64,000 nucleotides of DNA from Octopus sinensis (GCF_006345805.1 NC_043009.1:9362001-9426000), one strand, 5' to 3'; positions 25,135-38,220 are shown, counted from the first letter of the stretch. Notes: a model not told the origin generated them from the letters alone. Numbers and translations: made by a program.

Positions 25135-25948
25135 GTCTTGTTTTTTTTTTCCTATTATATCATCATCATCATCACCACCACCTCATCGTTGATGTTCTTG
25201 TAAAGTCCACTTTTCCAGATTTTCTCTGGCCAGATGCCCTTCCTGTCACCAACATTCATTTGTTGCAAAGCAAGCGAATATTTCTCATAACCAAACATAT
25301 TTTTCGAGGAAAATTGGAAAACAAGCAACACAAGCTTGTGTGAAGATGACTCTTGTTTACGACTATCATGCAGTAACAAGACGAAAGAACACACATTCAC
25401 ACCCATATGCACACACACACACACGCGCATGCACACATACACACACACTAACATGATGGCCTTCTTTCAATTTCCATCTAACCAAATCTACTCACAAGGT
25501 CAGCCTGGAGCTATAGTAGAAAACACTTGCCCTAAATGCTCTGTAATGGGACTGAACCTAAAACCACATGGTTGGGAAGCAAACTTCTTAACCAAGCCTG
25601 TACCCATAATATCATCATCATCATCATCATCATCATTTAATGTCTATCTTTCATGCTGGCATGGATTGGACATACACACATGCACACACACACACACACA
25701 CACACGGATTTATATAATCTGGTGGGAATCAGGAAAAAAAGCTCCTTTAGGGCACCCGACTACAAACCTCATTGTAAACCAATACATAGGAGTGTAATGT
25801 AGAGTCCTATGTAGCTCAAATCCAGTAAATCCAATCATTGAAGATTATTTCATGAGGATTATATAGAATATAAAGAAAGTCAGGAGGTACAAGATGAATA
25901 TATTTATTTCACCAGTTGATATCCATATAAATATACTTATCCCATCTC

Positions 25949-26212
25949 TAGCATAGCTAGAGTGTTTACTGCCTGGGGTGGCCCTTCAGTTTGCCTTTCT
26001 GGGCCCTCACAAGAAATACTTATTGCCTACAACAGACCCAAAAGTGGTGCTGCCCTCAGGCCCCTCACAAGAAATACATATTGCTTACAGTTGACCCAAA
26101 AGTGGTGCCGCTCCCTGGCCCCCACTAAAAATACATTTTGCCTACAGCAGACCCAAAAGTAATGTTGCTTGGGGCTGACTGCCCCCTGTGCATCCCTCTA
26201 GTTACATCAGTG
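25949..26212. repeat. About 58-bp tandem repeat (x3) inside a possible non-autonomous DNA element
   Basis: Unit gccctcacaagaaatacttattgcctacaacagacccaaaagtggtg at about 26003, 26061 and 26119; weak terminal inverted similarity (tagcatagctag / ctagttacatcag). Confidence 0.55.
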
Positions 26213-26254
26213 CTTCTCATACCTCCTATTTTTTTATACTCTCTCTCTCTGAGC

Positions 26255-26344
26255 CTGATGCAGCTGCTGGCTCTCCAGACCTCAGTCAAACCATCCAACC
26301 CATGCCAGCATGGAAAACGGACATTAAACAATGATGATGATGAT
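26255..26344 (+). mobile_element. Element D 3' end
   Basis: ...ccaacccatgccagcatggaaaacggacattaaacaatgatgatgatgat, directly followed by SINE-A. Confidence 0.8.
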
Positions 26345-26747
26345 GGAGTGGCTGTGTGGTAAGTAGCTTGCTTACCAACCACATGGTTATGGGTTCAGTC
26401 CCACTGCGTGGCACCTTGGGCAAGTGTCTTCTACTATAGCCTCGGGCCGACCAAAACCTTGTGAGTGAATTTGGTAGACGGAAACTGAAAGAAGCCCATC
26501 ATATATATGTATGTATATATATGAATGTGCGTGTATATGTTTGTGTGTCTGTGTTTGTCCCTCCCAACATCGCTTGACAACCGATGCTGGTGTGTTTACG
26601 TCCCCGTAACTTAGTGGTTCGGCAAAAGAGACCGATAGAATAAGTACTAGGCTTACAAAGAATTTGTCCTGGGCTCGAGTTGCTCGACTAAAGGCGATAC
26701 TCCAGCATGGTCACAGTCAAATGACTGAAACAAGTAAAAGAGTAAAG

Positions 26748-26748
<1 letters not shown>
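26345..26748 (+). mobile_element. SINE-A, near full length, young
   Basis: Head through tail aaacaagtaaaagag; many CpGs retained. Confidence 0.92.
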
Positions 26749-26779
<31 letters not shown>

Positions 26780-27380
26780 ATGTATATGTGTATATATATT
26801 TACTCAACTTATTTAGACTGAGACAAAAGTTTAGTTTGGGACTCTAAAACAGTATGTTGCTGTGTTTCAGTTTGTATTTGATGAGTATTGCGTTGTTATT
26901 ATTAGGCTGTTCTTTTAAGAAGTACATTAAAGATTATATTCTATTTGTGTACCCTGGCAATTAACTAAATTGATGGAATTAACATCAATACTATGGTCTG
27001 ATGAACAGGTGATGAGGTAAAAGGACTGGATTACTGCATTGAATACCTGATTGTTATTGCTTATGTCCTTCAGCCTTTTTCACATGAAATCCTTCTTGGA
27101 TTTATTTTGATTTTGATCCTTGTTTGAGCTTCTAGATGAGTGAGTTAAACCCTATTTTTTTTTTTCTAATTGAGATTTGTGATTAAAAACTTTCCAGGTA
27201 TTTTTTTCCTGTCTGATATGTATCTGATCCAGTCTTTAAAATATCTTTATTAAAACACTGGGATGGGACTTGAGTGAAATTTGGTTGCTTTTACTAGCAT
27301 GTTGTATAACTATATAGTGGCTGTCTTGTTGGCTCATCTCCCCATTGTGAGATTTATAAATTAAGTACCAATTATATTTC

Positions 27381-27784
27381 TCTTTCTCTTTACTCTTTTA
27401 CTTGTTTCAGTCATTTGACTGCAGCCATGCTGGAGCACCGCCTTTAGTCGAGCAAATCGACCCCGGGACTTATTCTTTGTAAGCCTTATTCTATCGGTCC
27501 CTTTTGCCGAACCGCTAAGTGACGGGGACGTAAACACACCAGCATCGGTTGTCAAGCAATGCTAGGGGGACAAACATACGCACACAAACACACACACATA
27601 TATATATATACCTATATACGACAGGCTTCTTTCAGTTTCCGTCTACCAAATCCACTCACAAGGCATTGGTCGGCCCGAGGCTATAGCAGAAGACACTTGC
27701 CCAAGATGCCACGCAGTGGGACTGAACCCGGAACCATGTGGTTGGTTAGCAAGCTACTTACCACACAGCCACTCCTGCGCCTAT
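27381..27784 (-). mobile_element. SINE-A, full length, young
   Basis: Complete head (ataggcgcaggagtggctgtgtggt on the minus strand) to tail. Confidence 0.92.
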
Positions 27785-28412
27785 ATCATCAACTGTCAAT
27801 ACAACTGACTGTAAATTCCTACTGAAACATCTGTGACCTTATACCAATGCTTTGGTCTGGAGTCAGATTTTCATAGATCAAGTTATTGCAACAGAAATAA
27901 ATCGCTAAAAGTACAATGTTCAAAAGTGTAGAAGAATTTTGATTGATATTCTGAATACCTTAAAATCCTGTTCAAGCATCTAAATCTAATTGTTGTGATG
28001 TATTTTTAAAATAACGTATTTATATGTGAATTGAAAGAGTCTTGTATTTTAATATTCAGTCGACATGTATTCAACAGTTAAAATGAAACTCATACGTTTA
28101 TGTTTTAAAAATAGTATGTTCTACAAATTTATAGTATTTATAATATTTCTTTTTTTTTTCTGGCTAGACAGACAGCTGATTTTTATAGGAAATATGCTGA
28201 TTTTTTATAGGTGCAGATGTAGCTGTGTGGTTGAGAAGCTTGCTTCGCAACCATGTGATTTTGAATTCAGTACCACTGTGTAGCACATCTGCATAAGCCC
28301 CAGGCTGTCCAAATCCTTGTAAGGGGACAGAAACTGAAAGAAGCCTGTCGCGCGTGTGTGTATGTGCATGCATATATATATGTATGTGTGTGTGTGTATA
28401 TGTAGATATGTG

Positions 28413-28443
<31 letters not shown>

Positions 28444-28455
28444 CTATATATATAG

Positions 28456-28607
28456 ACACTCTCGGAGTGGTTGGTGTTAGGAAGGGCATCCAGCTGTAGA
28501 AACTCTGCCAGATCAGATTGGAGTCTGGTTCGCCAGACCTCAGTCAAATCGTCCAACCCATGCTAGCATGGAAAGCAGACGTTAAATGATGATAATGATA
28601 ATGATGA
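28456..28607 (+). mobile_element. Element D 3' part
   Basis: cactctcggagtggttggtgttaggaagggcatccagctg...gttaaatgatgat. Confidence 0.85.
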
Positions 28608-28613
28608 TATATA

Positions 28614-28927
28614 TGTGGAGGCGCAATGGCCCAGTGGTTAGGGCAGCGGACTCGCAGTCATAGGATTGCGGTTTCGATTCCCAGACCGGGCGTTGTGAGT
28701 GTTTATTGAGCGAAAACACCTAAAGCTCCACGAGGCTCTGGCAGCGGGTGGTGTCGTTACCTGCTGTACTCTTTCGCCACAACTTTCTTTCATTCTTTCT
28801 TCTGTTGGCCTGCCCGCTTAGCCAGTGGGGTGGCGTCATTTGAAGGCTAAAACAATGCAAAGCGCATTGTGACCAGCGATGTGTAACAACATCTGATAGC
28901 CTGGTCGGTCACGGCGATCATGGTGAT
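28614..28927 (+). mobile_element. SINE-C (body C + tail 1)
   Basis: A-box tggcccagtgg, B-box ggtttcgattccc, body ...ccacaactttc, tail ...acatctgatagcctggtcggtcacgg. Confidence 0.88.
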
Positions 28928-28930
28928 TAT

Positions 28931-29322
28931 CATTATCATCATCAGCATCATCATTTAGCATCCACTTTCCATGCTAGCATGGGTTGGTCGGTTCAACTGG
29001 GGTCTGTGAAGCCAGAAGGCTGCATCAGGCCCAGTCTGATCTGGCAGTGTTTCTACGGCTGGATGCCCTTCCTAACGCCAACCACTCCGTGAGTGTAATG
29101 GGTGCTTTTTACGTGCCACCCGCACAGGTGCCAGACGGAGCTGGAAAAAGGCCACGGACGGATGGTGCTTTTTACGTGCCACCGGCACGGGGGCCAGGCG
29201 AGGCTGGCAACGGCCACGATCGGGTGGTGCTTTTTACGTGCCACCAGCACGGGGGCCAGGCGAGGCTGGCAATGGCCACGAGTGGATGGTGCTTTTACAT
29301 GCCACCAGCACGGGGGCCAGGC
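28931..29322 (-). mobile_element. Element D with internal about 62-bp tandem repeats
   Basis: ggtgctttttacgtgccacc units start at 29101, 29164, 29226 and 29288. Confidence 0.88.
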
Positions 29323-29984
29323 ATATATATATATATATATACATAGAAAACAACAAAATAAATAAAGCTAATTCTACCCAGTAATACCTATTTTAGTGTA
29401 TTAAAGCTTTATAGGAGAACCAACTTTGCATAAAGGCCCAGGATGGTCTTATAATGCCATTAAATATACAAATGTGGAACAGCACAAGCTGTAATATTTT
29501 GTCTCAGACAAACTTTTCAGACAGACTTTTGTGCTAAAAACACAGGACATCACTCAGAATGCTTATCGCTACCTGTAGATGGTTACTATTTTCACTGCTT
29601 TAGTATTTTGTGAGGTGGGGGTTCCCAAATTTTATCTATGTCCTACTGCAACAGAGATTATTATATCCTTATCGTGTGGATGACATTGGTGATGTGAAAG
29701 AAAAAAGTGGAATGAAAGATTAAATAACAGATTGAACAGTGGAATGATAAATTAAATGATTATCAATAAAATGTTTTGTTCCTCTATGTTGAATTCAAAT
29801 CTTGTCAAGGATCAAACTTAGACTTCTATGCTTCCAGGATCAATATTAATAATACCAGTCATATTTTGGGGTTGATCGTCAATCACTGCTTGTTGTCATC
29901 ATTGTTGCCATCGTCACTGCTACTGCTGTCATCATTTTAACATTTACTTTCCATGCTTGTCTGAGTCAGACAGAATTTACCTTC

Positions 29985-30128
29985 TGAGTTCAAATTCCGC
30001 CGAAGTTGACTTTGCCTTTCATCCCTTCGGGGTCGATAAATTAAGTACCAGTTGCGTACTGGGGTCGATGTAATCGACTGACCCCTCTCCTCAAGAATTT
30101 CGGGCCTTGTGCCAAGTGTAGAAAAGAA
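29985..30128 (+). mobile_element. SINE-B, 5'-truncated
   Basis: ttctgagttcaaattccgccgaagttgactttgcctttcatccc...ccttgtgcc. Confidence 0.8.
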
Positions 30129-30275
30129 TTTACTGAGGAAGATTTTCTTTGGCTACTTGCTTCCAAGCAAGATAATAATTTCTGATAGCCAGATATATTT
30201 TTGTGGAATATAGGAAATAAACGATGCTGTCATGTGATGTCAAGACAAGGAGATACAAACATATGGACATACACT

Positions 30276-30307
<32 letters not shown>

Positions 30308-30560
30308 CAATGGGCTTCTTTCAGTTTCCATCTACCAGATCTACTCACAAGGCTTTGGTCAGCACTGAGGCAGAAGTAGAAGACACTTGTCTAAGATGCC
30401 ATACAGTGGTATTGAACTCAAAACAAAGTGGTTAGGATGCAAATTTCTCACCTGTACTAATCTCAGTGTGAGAAACCATCTTTGTTATTTGTACCATTCC
30501 ATCACAGGAAATTGGGTTTTAGATTAACCTGGAACTGGATCTGTATGGTAATGTTGGTTT

Positions 30561-30933
30561 ATCACTGCATAGCACCTTGGGCAAGTGTCTTCTACTATAT
30601 CCTTGGGCCGACCAAAGCCTTGTGAGTGGATTTGGTGGACCAAAGCCATGTGAGTGGATTTGGAAACTGAAAGAAGCCCGTCATATATATATATATATTG
30701 TGTGTATGTGTGTGTATGTCTTTGTGCCTGTCCCCCCATTACCACTTGACAACCGGTGTTGGTGTGTTTACGTCCCCATAACTTAGCGGTTCAGCAACAG
30801 AGATCCAATAGAGTAAGTACCAGGCTTGAAAAAGTAATAAATTCTGGGGTTGATTTGTTTGACTAAAACCCTTCAAGGGGATGCTCCAGCATGGCCACAG
30901 TCAAATGACTGAAACAAGTAAAAGAATAAAAGA
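30561..30933 (+). mobile_element. SINE-A, 5'-truncated, with a short internal duplication
   Basis: Body and tail present; gtgagtggatttgg occurs twice at about 30622 and 30650. Confidence 0.82.
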
Positions 30934-30934
30934 A

Positions 30935-31093
30935 TATTTGTACAATTAAATATTATTGGGAATTGCATTAAAAAAACTGTTTAAATATTTTGTGTATTGT
31001 AAAAGTATAACTAATTTATTTCATATAAATTTTAACAAGGAAATCTTATATGGGGCCCCCAAGGGTCATATGGATCCCAATTGAGAGCCACTG
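30935..31093. mobile_element. Right half of a CAGTGG-TIR (hAT-like) MITE
   Basis: ...aaatcttatatggggccccc...gagagccactg. Homologous right halves at 34392-34516 and 55403-55526. Confidence 0.6.
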
Positions 31094-33682
31094 GGCTAGA
31101 TTGTCATGGCTGGAGTGCTTTTGGATTGTGGGTTTGTTTGTTTGTTTACTTGTTCAGTCATAGCTTCTACCTTGGTTAAACAACAACCTTGATCTCTCAC
31201 TCTCTCCATTCCTTCCCTCTCTTTCTTTCTCTCTCTCTCTGTCTCTCTCTCTCTCACGCACAACTTTTATTGTATGTTGTAATATTTATTTTTATTGTGT
31301 TTTGCTTCCACTTGACATTTCACTGAGACTAATAGTTACTTCTGTTAGTATTTACTGGTTGCTGGATTAACATGTCACCCGATATCCACCACCACCACCA
31401 CCACCACCGCCACCACCACCACTATCCCTCCTCCTCATCCTGCGCTTAAAGAAAGCACTTTTAGTAAGCGTTTTAAATAGTAAGTGAGATCTGGTGAGCA
31501 TGAGCAGGTTTTAGTAGACTGCTAGTTAAAGTACACTTTACCTAAATCTATTAGAGATATAACTAAAATGTACTTTTAGATGTTATGTGCCACATTTAAG
31601 ATTATTATCAGCTTACTAATGTTGTAATAATTGTTGTTGTTAGGCTGGGCTGATTTCTCTTCCCTTTCTTTCTTTTTTTATTTTATTATACACAACACAG
31701 AAATTCTACATCAGCTCTAATGCCTGTGTTGTGGTTTATATCCACTTGCAGGCTGTGAGCATTAACCTACTGTCCTTGTTCTTGTTGTTGATATTGTTGT
31801 TTGCTTCCATCTGCTCGATCATCTGTTACTCTCAACCAGTATTTAGTAACCCCATGATCAAAAGCCTTCCAACCATAACCATCCCATCTTGTATGGGATA
31901 TCTAAGATTACTCTATGTAGTATGGCTTTCTCTCTCTCGTTTTTGTTTAGATGATAGGGTTGTGATTTGAGGAGGATTTGGTTGCTATTTCTAACAGATC
32001 AAGTGACCATGCTGTGGCTGCCTTGTTATCCCGTGCATCATCATGTTTGTCATGGTAGTGCAGTGGTTAGTGTCATAGGGGTATATGTGTGTTTGGGTGT
32101 TTGGGTGGTATGGATAAACAGCTTGTTATTAATAGCATTATTTTAATATGATTATGTATGTTTTTATATAATAAATTAATTGTGTAAATTTTACGTGAAT
32201 AAGCTGTTCAATGTGTTAGGTGTCACATCATATAAATTCATGCTTTATAATTGCGGTTTATACATACATACATACATACGCACGTGTGTGCATGCATGTG
32301 TGGGCAGGTGCTTGTAATTAAGAAGCTTTCTTCCCTACCACTTAGTTTCAGGTCCAGGGATTTGGTGGACAGAAACTGAAAGAAGCCCATTGTGTTGTGT
32401 GTATATATATATATATATATATACCTGAAAAAATTGGAGTCAACAAGAAGGGGTACGGTTGGACATTTATTTTTTAATCACTACAATTGTTTCCACACAA
32501 CGTAGTTCTCCAAATGTGCAGGTACTTGATTATGCAACAGTTTCTCTGCATAATGAGATCTAGTTGTGTTTCCTCAAGCGATATGTAAATATTGACTCCA
32601 ATTTTTCCAATTATCTATTCACACACGATAGTTGTCCAAACACAAACCTGGAAGTACGTATAATACTACTCCTGGATAGCACAGGATAAATCTGAAGGTG
32701 GACAAGCTTTATACTGTACTCTACTACATTCTTAACATAGTGGGGTTGTGTGAGTTGGTTTCTTCTTGTCTTCACATTGCATGATAGTTCTGAATCAGTG
32801 TCACTGTCAGACAGGTAGTTTCCTTTATTTCCAATATCCATGTACAGCCATGGGGAAATAATAAAGTTCACAGCTCATCTTCTTCCTGAGGGTATGGAGG
32901 TTGGTCCATACTTCTGTGAAGGTGTAGGTCATTGGGTATAATCTCAGGTGAACCCAGGCAGTATTTTGAATGTAGCATTCATGTTGAAGGATACTGTTTT
33001 ACTCTTTATTCTTCTATCGACCATATTTTATTCCTTTATAAACTGTGAATTCCTTTCTAGAACTTTCATACATACTCCCCTTGTCTCTGATGATGGAATA
33101 CCCAGTGTATGGAGATGCTAACCCATTACTTGGGACATCCCAGAAACAACTGTAAGACATCCAATAATTAATTAATTAACTAATTAATTAATTACCTCAA
33201 ATTCACCTTACTCTAATTAAATATTTCTAAATGACTTGAGATATTTGTTCTGCCTTGGTTTTTGTTGTCCTTTTTCCTTTAATATATGTATGTATGTATG
33301 TATGTATGTACGTACTTGTCATCACAATCATCATCTTGTAATGTCTGTCTTCCATGCTGGTGTTGAATGATAAGAAAATAGAGTGGTGCTTCTCCCTCCC
33401 ATAAGATTGTAAGACCAGCTTTCATATGGATAGGCAACCATGTTGTGGAATGCAGTAAAGTTTGAAGTCCAAGGAAAAAGGTGACACTTATGATAGCACT
33501 AATAACAAAGGATCACTTGTGCCCATCAATTAGATCATATATTAGAAGATTATTTAATTTGAAAGCATCTTTTATCAGTTTTTCTTTTTACCAATGTCTA
33601 TATTTTTCTGTGATATACGTTGGTGATATGTATATATACATACATACATACATACATACATACATACATACATACACACAAA

Positions 33683-33748
<66 letters not shown>

Positions 33749-33749
33749 C

Positions 33750-33860
33750 CATTATGAAAGGTTGCTAAATGAAGAGAATGAATGGGAGAAAGAGAGTCTG
33801 CTGAATGTCGACCCAACAAAGGGACCAGTTATCCGAATTGACAGAACCTTGGTAGATAAA
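33750..33860 (+). mobile_element. RTE-clade LINE ORF fragment
   Basis: Translates HYERLLNEENEWEKESLLNVDPTKGPVIRIDRTLVDK, matching the RTE WxEYFExLLNEEN region upstream of the RT domain. Confidence 0.7.
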
Positions 33861-34190
33861 GTAAGTGCCAGTGCAGCATAACCTGTACCTTTAAAAGTAC
33901 CCTTCAACCATTGGGAAATAAACTGCGCTTGTGAAGACCTGTTGAGGCCGAAGACCTGTCATGGTCGATGATAGTACCACCTGGTTGGCACCCGTTGCCA
34001 GTGGATCGTTAAAAGACCATTTGAGCATAATCATTGCCAGTGCTGCCTGACTGGCTCTCGTGCCAGTGGCACATAAGAAGCACCATTTGAGCATGCTCAT
34101 TGCCAGTGTCGCCTGACTGGCTCTTGTGCTGCTGGCATGTAAAAAACACCATTTGAGCGTGGTTGTTGCCAGTGCTGCCATTTGTATGTG
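33861..34190 (+). mobile_element. Element D upstream repeat region (about 65-bp units)
   Basis: accatttgagc...ttgccagtg units at about 34016, 34082 and 34147; homologous to 44995-45346. Confidence 0.7.
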
Positions 34191-34217
34191 GTTTGAATCT
34201 TTTTACATGTGCCACAC

Positions 34218-34390
34218 ATATATACGACGGGCTTCTTTCAGTTTTCGTCTACCAAATCCACTCACAAGGCTTTTGGTCGGCCCGAGGCTATAGTAGAAGA
34301 CACTTGCCCAAGGTGCCACGCAGTGGGACTGAACCTGGAATCATGTGGTTCATAAGCAAGCTACTTACCACACAGCCACTCTTATGCCTA
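34218..34390 (-). mobile_element. SINE-A 5' half
   Basis: acgacgggcttctttcag...ccacacagccactcttatgcc. Confidence 0.85.
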
Positions 34391-34639
34391 TTAGTGCAAT
34401 TTATTGCAGATAAGATTTTAACAACGAAATCTTATATGGGCCCCCAAGAGCCATGTGAACCCCCAAGGTCCACATGAACTCCCAAGGACCATATGGACCC
34501 CGGTTAAGATCCACTGGATTAAACAAACAACAATAACACCTGTAGATAATTTGGCCCACTTGATTGATAAAAACTCAAGTGGAACTCAAGTAAGAGTCGA
34601 GTTCGTCTGTCAAGATTTTAATTTTTTTATAGGTTTGGT

Positions 34640-35075
34640 CTGGAGGTGAAAAAAGCTCTGCCGATGGTTTTTGCAGGCCCTTTGTGACTAATGAGGATGA
34701 CATGGTTAATGGTCCTTGTGAGCAAGTCAATGACTGCAAGAATAACCTATGCAGGGAAGGAATTTCAGTGGACCGATGCTCTTATAATGGGGTAGGGGGT
34801 GTGGTATAATATGGGCAGTGAAAAAGGGAAAGATGAGTGAGTTAGGAGTGCCTGGGTGGAGGAGACCTGAGACCAGCTGGCTCTGAGGAGCAAAGGTCAC
34901 TTCACTTCTGTAGCAAGTGGGAGAGAAAGTGGAGAGAAGGGAGAGGAGTCTGTCAGTCAGAGCTTGGTGGGTGTTGGTGAGCAATTTCATGCTGATCAAT
35001 TGATTGGCCTGTCTTTGAATACTGTCTAGGATGTCTGCATTGTGTAGCAGCAGCAGCACCATCCTAGATTAGCTG
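34640..35075 (-). mobile_element. Degraded CR1/Jockey-group LINE 3' fragment
   Basis: Minus ORF ILDSIQRQANQLI...LTNTHQAL resembles the LDxVQRxAxRLI...L motif after the RT domain. Confidence 0.45.
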
Positions 35076-36006
35076 CAGGAAGGACAATCTGCAATAAAAC
35101 TTATTATTTCAACAACAATATATAAATGTTCAAAATTGTCGAAAAACATCCTCCTACCCATGCAAGAATAGAAAAATGGATGTAAAGCAGTCTCCTTCCT
35201 CCTTTCCCTTCTCCGTCCATCCCACCCACAACAACAAAAAAAAAAAAATCAACCAATCAGTTTGATCTGCTCAATATCAACACTACCCTCACCTGTCTAA
35301 AGTGCTTATGAGATAAATGAAATGAAATAGAATTATTTGTAACTGGTGTGTCTAAGTATAATATTTATTGATTTTTTTATAGATATTATTAGTAACCAGA
35401 ACCCATGCAAGCATGGAAAAGTGGACGTGAAAATGATGATGATGATGATGATGATGGTGATGATGATGGTGTCGGTGTCTGAAGATACCATTTTTATTGT
35501 TAGTGGATATCATTATTAGTTACCAATATATCAAGGTAGCATATTGATTTGAGATATTATTAGGAACTGATGTCTCAAGATAACATGTTTATTGCTTACA
35601 GATATAATCTCTTATGTGTAGTAATTACAGAAGACAGATTTTTTGTTTTCTTCCTCTTTCTTCAACTATTCATCATCACCACTGTTCACCATTAATACCA
35701 GCAGCATCAACATTACCACTAAAGGCAAAGCAATGGTCTTATTGTTAGACTATAGGACGTGATTAGGCTATAGACAAAGTACTGTCTTGTCTGGCAGTTT
35801 TTGGTTTCTATAAGGCAATGGTTGTCTGAGCAATTTCATTTCCCATTTGCACAGTAAAGTAAATACCGTTTACCACTGAGGTGTTGTGGCTTTCATTTTC
35901 AGGTAAGTAAAGTGTGTGGATCTTTGTCATTTCAATAACGAGTATTTGGTTCTTTGATCGACTGAATTCCCTGTTTATTGAATTGATACATTAGTGATTG
36001 TGAATT

Positions 36007-36259
36007 ATATCCTTCCTTCTTGAGCCATGCCAGGCTTTTAAGGGCCGGTTTCCTGGTTTCAGTGGCGTAAAAATTCCCCACCTGGACGGGATGCCAGTCC
36101 ATCACAGTGTTACTCATTTTTGCCAGCTGAGTGGACTGGAGCAGCGTGAAAATGAAGTGTTTTGCTCAAGAACACAGCACATTGCCCGGTCCAGGAATCG
36201 AAACCACAACCTTACAATCATAAGTTCAACACCCTAACCACTAAGCCATGCGCCCCCAC
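36007..36259 (-). mobile_element. SINE-E (CORE-type body + tail 2), 12-bp TSD
   Basis: TSD tgattgtgaatt at 35995-36006 and 36260-36271; body gtgttcttgagcaaaacacttcat...ctccagtccactcagctg is CORE-domain-like. Confidence 0.85.
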
Positions 36260-36601
36260 TGATTGTGAATTCAACACACAGGTCTACTCTTAACATTATC
36301 TCCTGGCAGAATCTGCATGACACAGAATGTAACAATGCTGGACATTGGAATTACAGTTGCAATCCATCTGATGGGCTTCCATACAGTTTCTGTCTATCTG
36401 ATTTCACCCACAAAGCTTGGATCAACCTCAGATTATGATGAAAGACACTTGCCCAAGATCTCATCGCAGTGGGATTGAACCTGGGTCTTGTGATTGTAAA
36501 GCAAACTTTTTCAATCATCCAACCATGCTGTATCCATATTTATGTTTAAAGTATGGCCTTACTGGCTAGATGTATGGTTGTGTTTAATACAGCTATTGAG
36601 T

Positions 36602-37252
36602 CCTTCTTTTACTTGTTTCTGTCATAGGTCTGTGGCCATGCTGGAGTAACCACCTTGAAGAGTTTTAGTGAAATAAATCAACTTCTTTATTTCTTTTTAT
36701 TTTAATTCTGGTATGCATTTTATTAGTTGCTTTTGCTGAATCTCTAAGTTATGAGGACATAGAACAACACTGTTTGTTAAGTGGTGGTGGGGTGGGGGTG
36801 TCAGCAAACATAGACAAAAAGACACATACACACACACATGCATGTATATATTTCTTTATTACCCACAAGGGACTAAACACAGAGGGGACAAACAAGGACA
36901 GACAAAGGGATTAAGTCGATTACATCGACCCTAGTGCATAACTGGTACTTTATTTATCGACCCTGAAAGGATGAAAGGCAAAGTCAACCTCGGTGGAATT
37001 TGAACTCTGAACCTAACGGCAGATGAAATACCGGTAAGCATTTCGCCCGGCGTGCTAACGATTCTGTCAGCTCACTGCCTACACATGCATATATACAATG
37101 GGCCTCCGCTCATTTTCCATCCATCAAATTTGCCCATAAAGCACTGGTCAACCTGGGGCTCTTGTCAAAAGCACCTGTCCAATGTGTGCCATACAGGGAA
37201 CTGAACTTGAACTCTCATGGTTGCAAAGTGAGATTTTTAACCACGACACACT
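36602..37252 (-). mobile_element. Old SINE-A with nested SINE-B (36849-37080)
   Basis: B copy flanked by TSD acacatgcat(g/a)tata at 36834-36848 and 37081-37095. Confidence 0.8.
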
Positions 37253-37477
37253 ATATCTACTTCAGTCTATCAACTAACAATTTCCTTGACTATTTTACAA
37301 CTGAGAAATACATTTGTTGTTGCTGTTGTTGTTGTGCAGCTCCAGGTCAGCTCTGATCAAAACAGTCTTATAATCATCAGGTTAAACAATGAGGTGCTTC
37401 CCACAGATCCATCTTTCCAATTATGCTCTGTCTCCGTCTGGCTTTAGACCACACAGCATAATTTGATAAGCAGGAAT

Positions 37478-37590
37478 TAATCATATGGGTGTAGTGCAAT
37501 ATGACAGTTTGGACATATTGCACTAGCTTCACTGTCTAGTCTATTTCTGTAGATTCTTGTGGTGGCCACAGCAGAGCCAGGCAAGCTAGA
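37478..37590 (-). mobile_element. Possible LINE C-terminal Cys/His-domain relic
   Basis: Two frames give LAWLCCGHHKNL and YRNRLDSEASAICPNC, resembling LAxLRxGH...YxxRLD...CPxC. Confidence 0.35.
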
Positions 37591-37822
37591 GTTGGTGAGA
37601 ACGACTGATGCTTCTCTGCATTATTGTTGGTGGTGAGCTTCTCAGTAATGTGAAGCTACTGAGACTATTGATGTTGCAGCTAGTTTTGTGTGTATGTGGT
37701 TTTATTTATGTTTTTCTATGTTAATTGGGAAAGGTATGGGAGGAGTTAATGTTAGGAAAAGGTTACACTAATGTCCAAATTTGGAAATGGCATTACAGTT
37801 ATGCAAGGATCAACATTATTAT

Positions 37823-38220
37823 CGATGGAACACCAACATCATCACCAATGTAAAACTAACATTATTACCAATGCAATCCAACATTATCACCAATGTAATC
37901 CAACATTATCACAAGTGCAATCCAACATTATCAACAATGCAATCCAATATTATCACAATGCAATTGAACATTATCACCAATGCAATCTAACATCATCACC
38001 AATGCAATCCAACATTATCACAAAGCAATCCAACATTATCACCAGTGCAATCCAACATTATCACCAATGCAATCCAATATTATCACAAAGCAATCCAACA
38101 TTATCACCAATGCAATCTAACATTATCATCAATGCAATTGAACATTATCAACAATGCAATCCAATATTATCACCAATGCAATCCAACATTATCACAAAGC
38201 AATCCAACATTATCACCAAA
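37823..38220. repeat. 22-bp minisatellite (caatgcaatccaacattatcac), about 17-18 units
   Basis: Direct tandem repetition with 20-22-bp variants. Confidence 0.9.

Noticed and set aside
28614-28700. tRNA genes at SINE heads
   Set aside because: A and B boxes are present, but the sequences continue into SINE bodies and I could not fold a full cloverleaf.
32611-33160. 86-aa minus ORF and a Penelope-like tail near 33070-33160
   Set aside because: No GIY-YIG, RT or transposase motif in the frames I translated; the tail resemblance alone is too weak.
37823-38220. Short regularly spaced repeats resembling a CRISPR array (also 29101-29322 and 26003-26165)
   Set aside because: Units are directly tandem with no unique spacers, there are no cas genes, and the context is eukaryotic.
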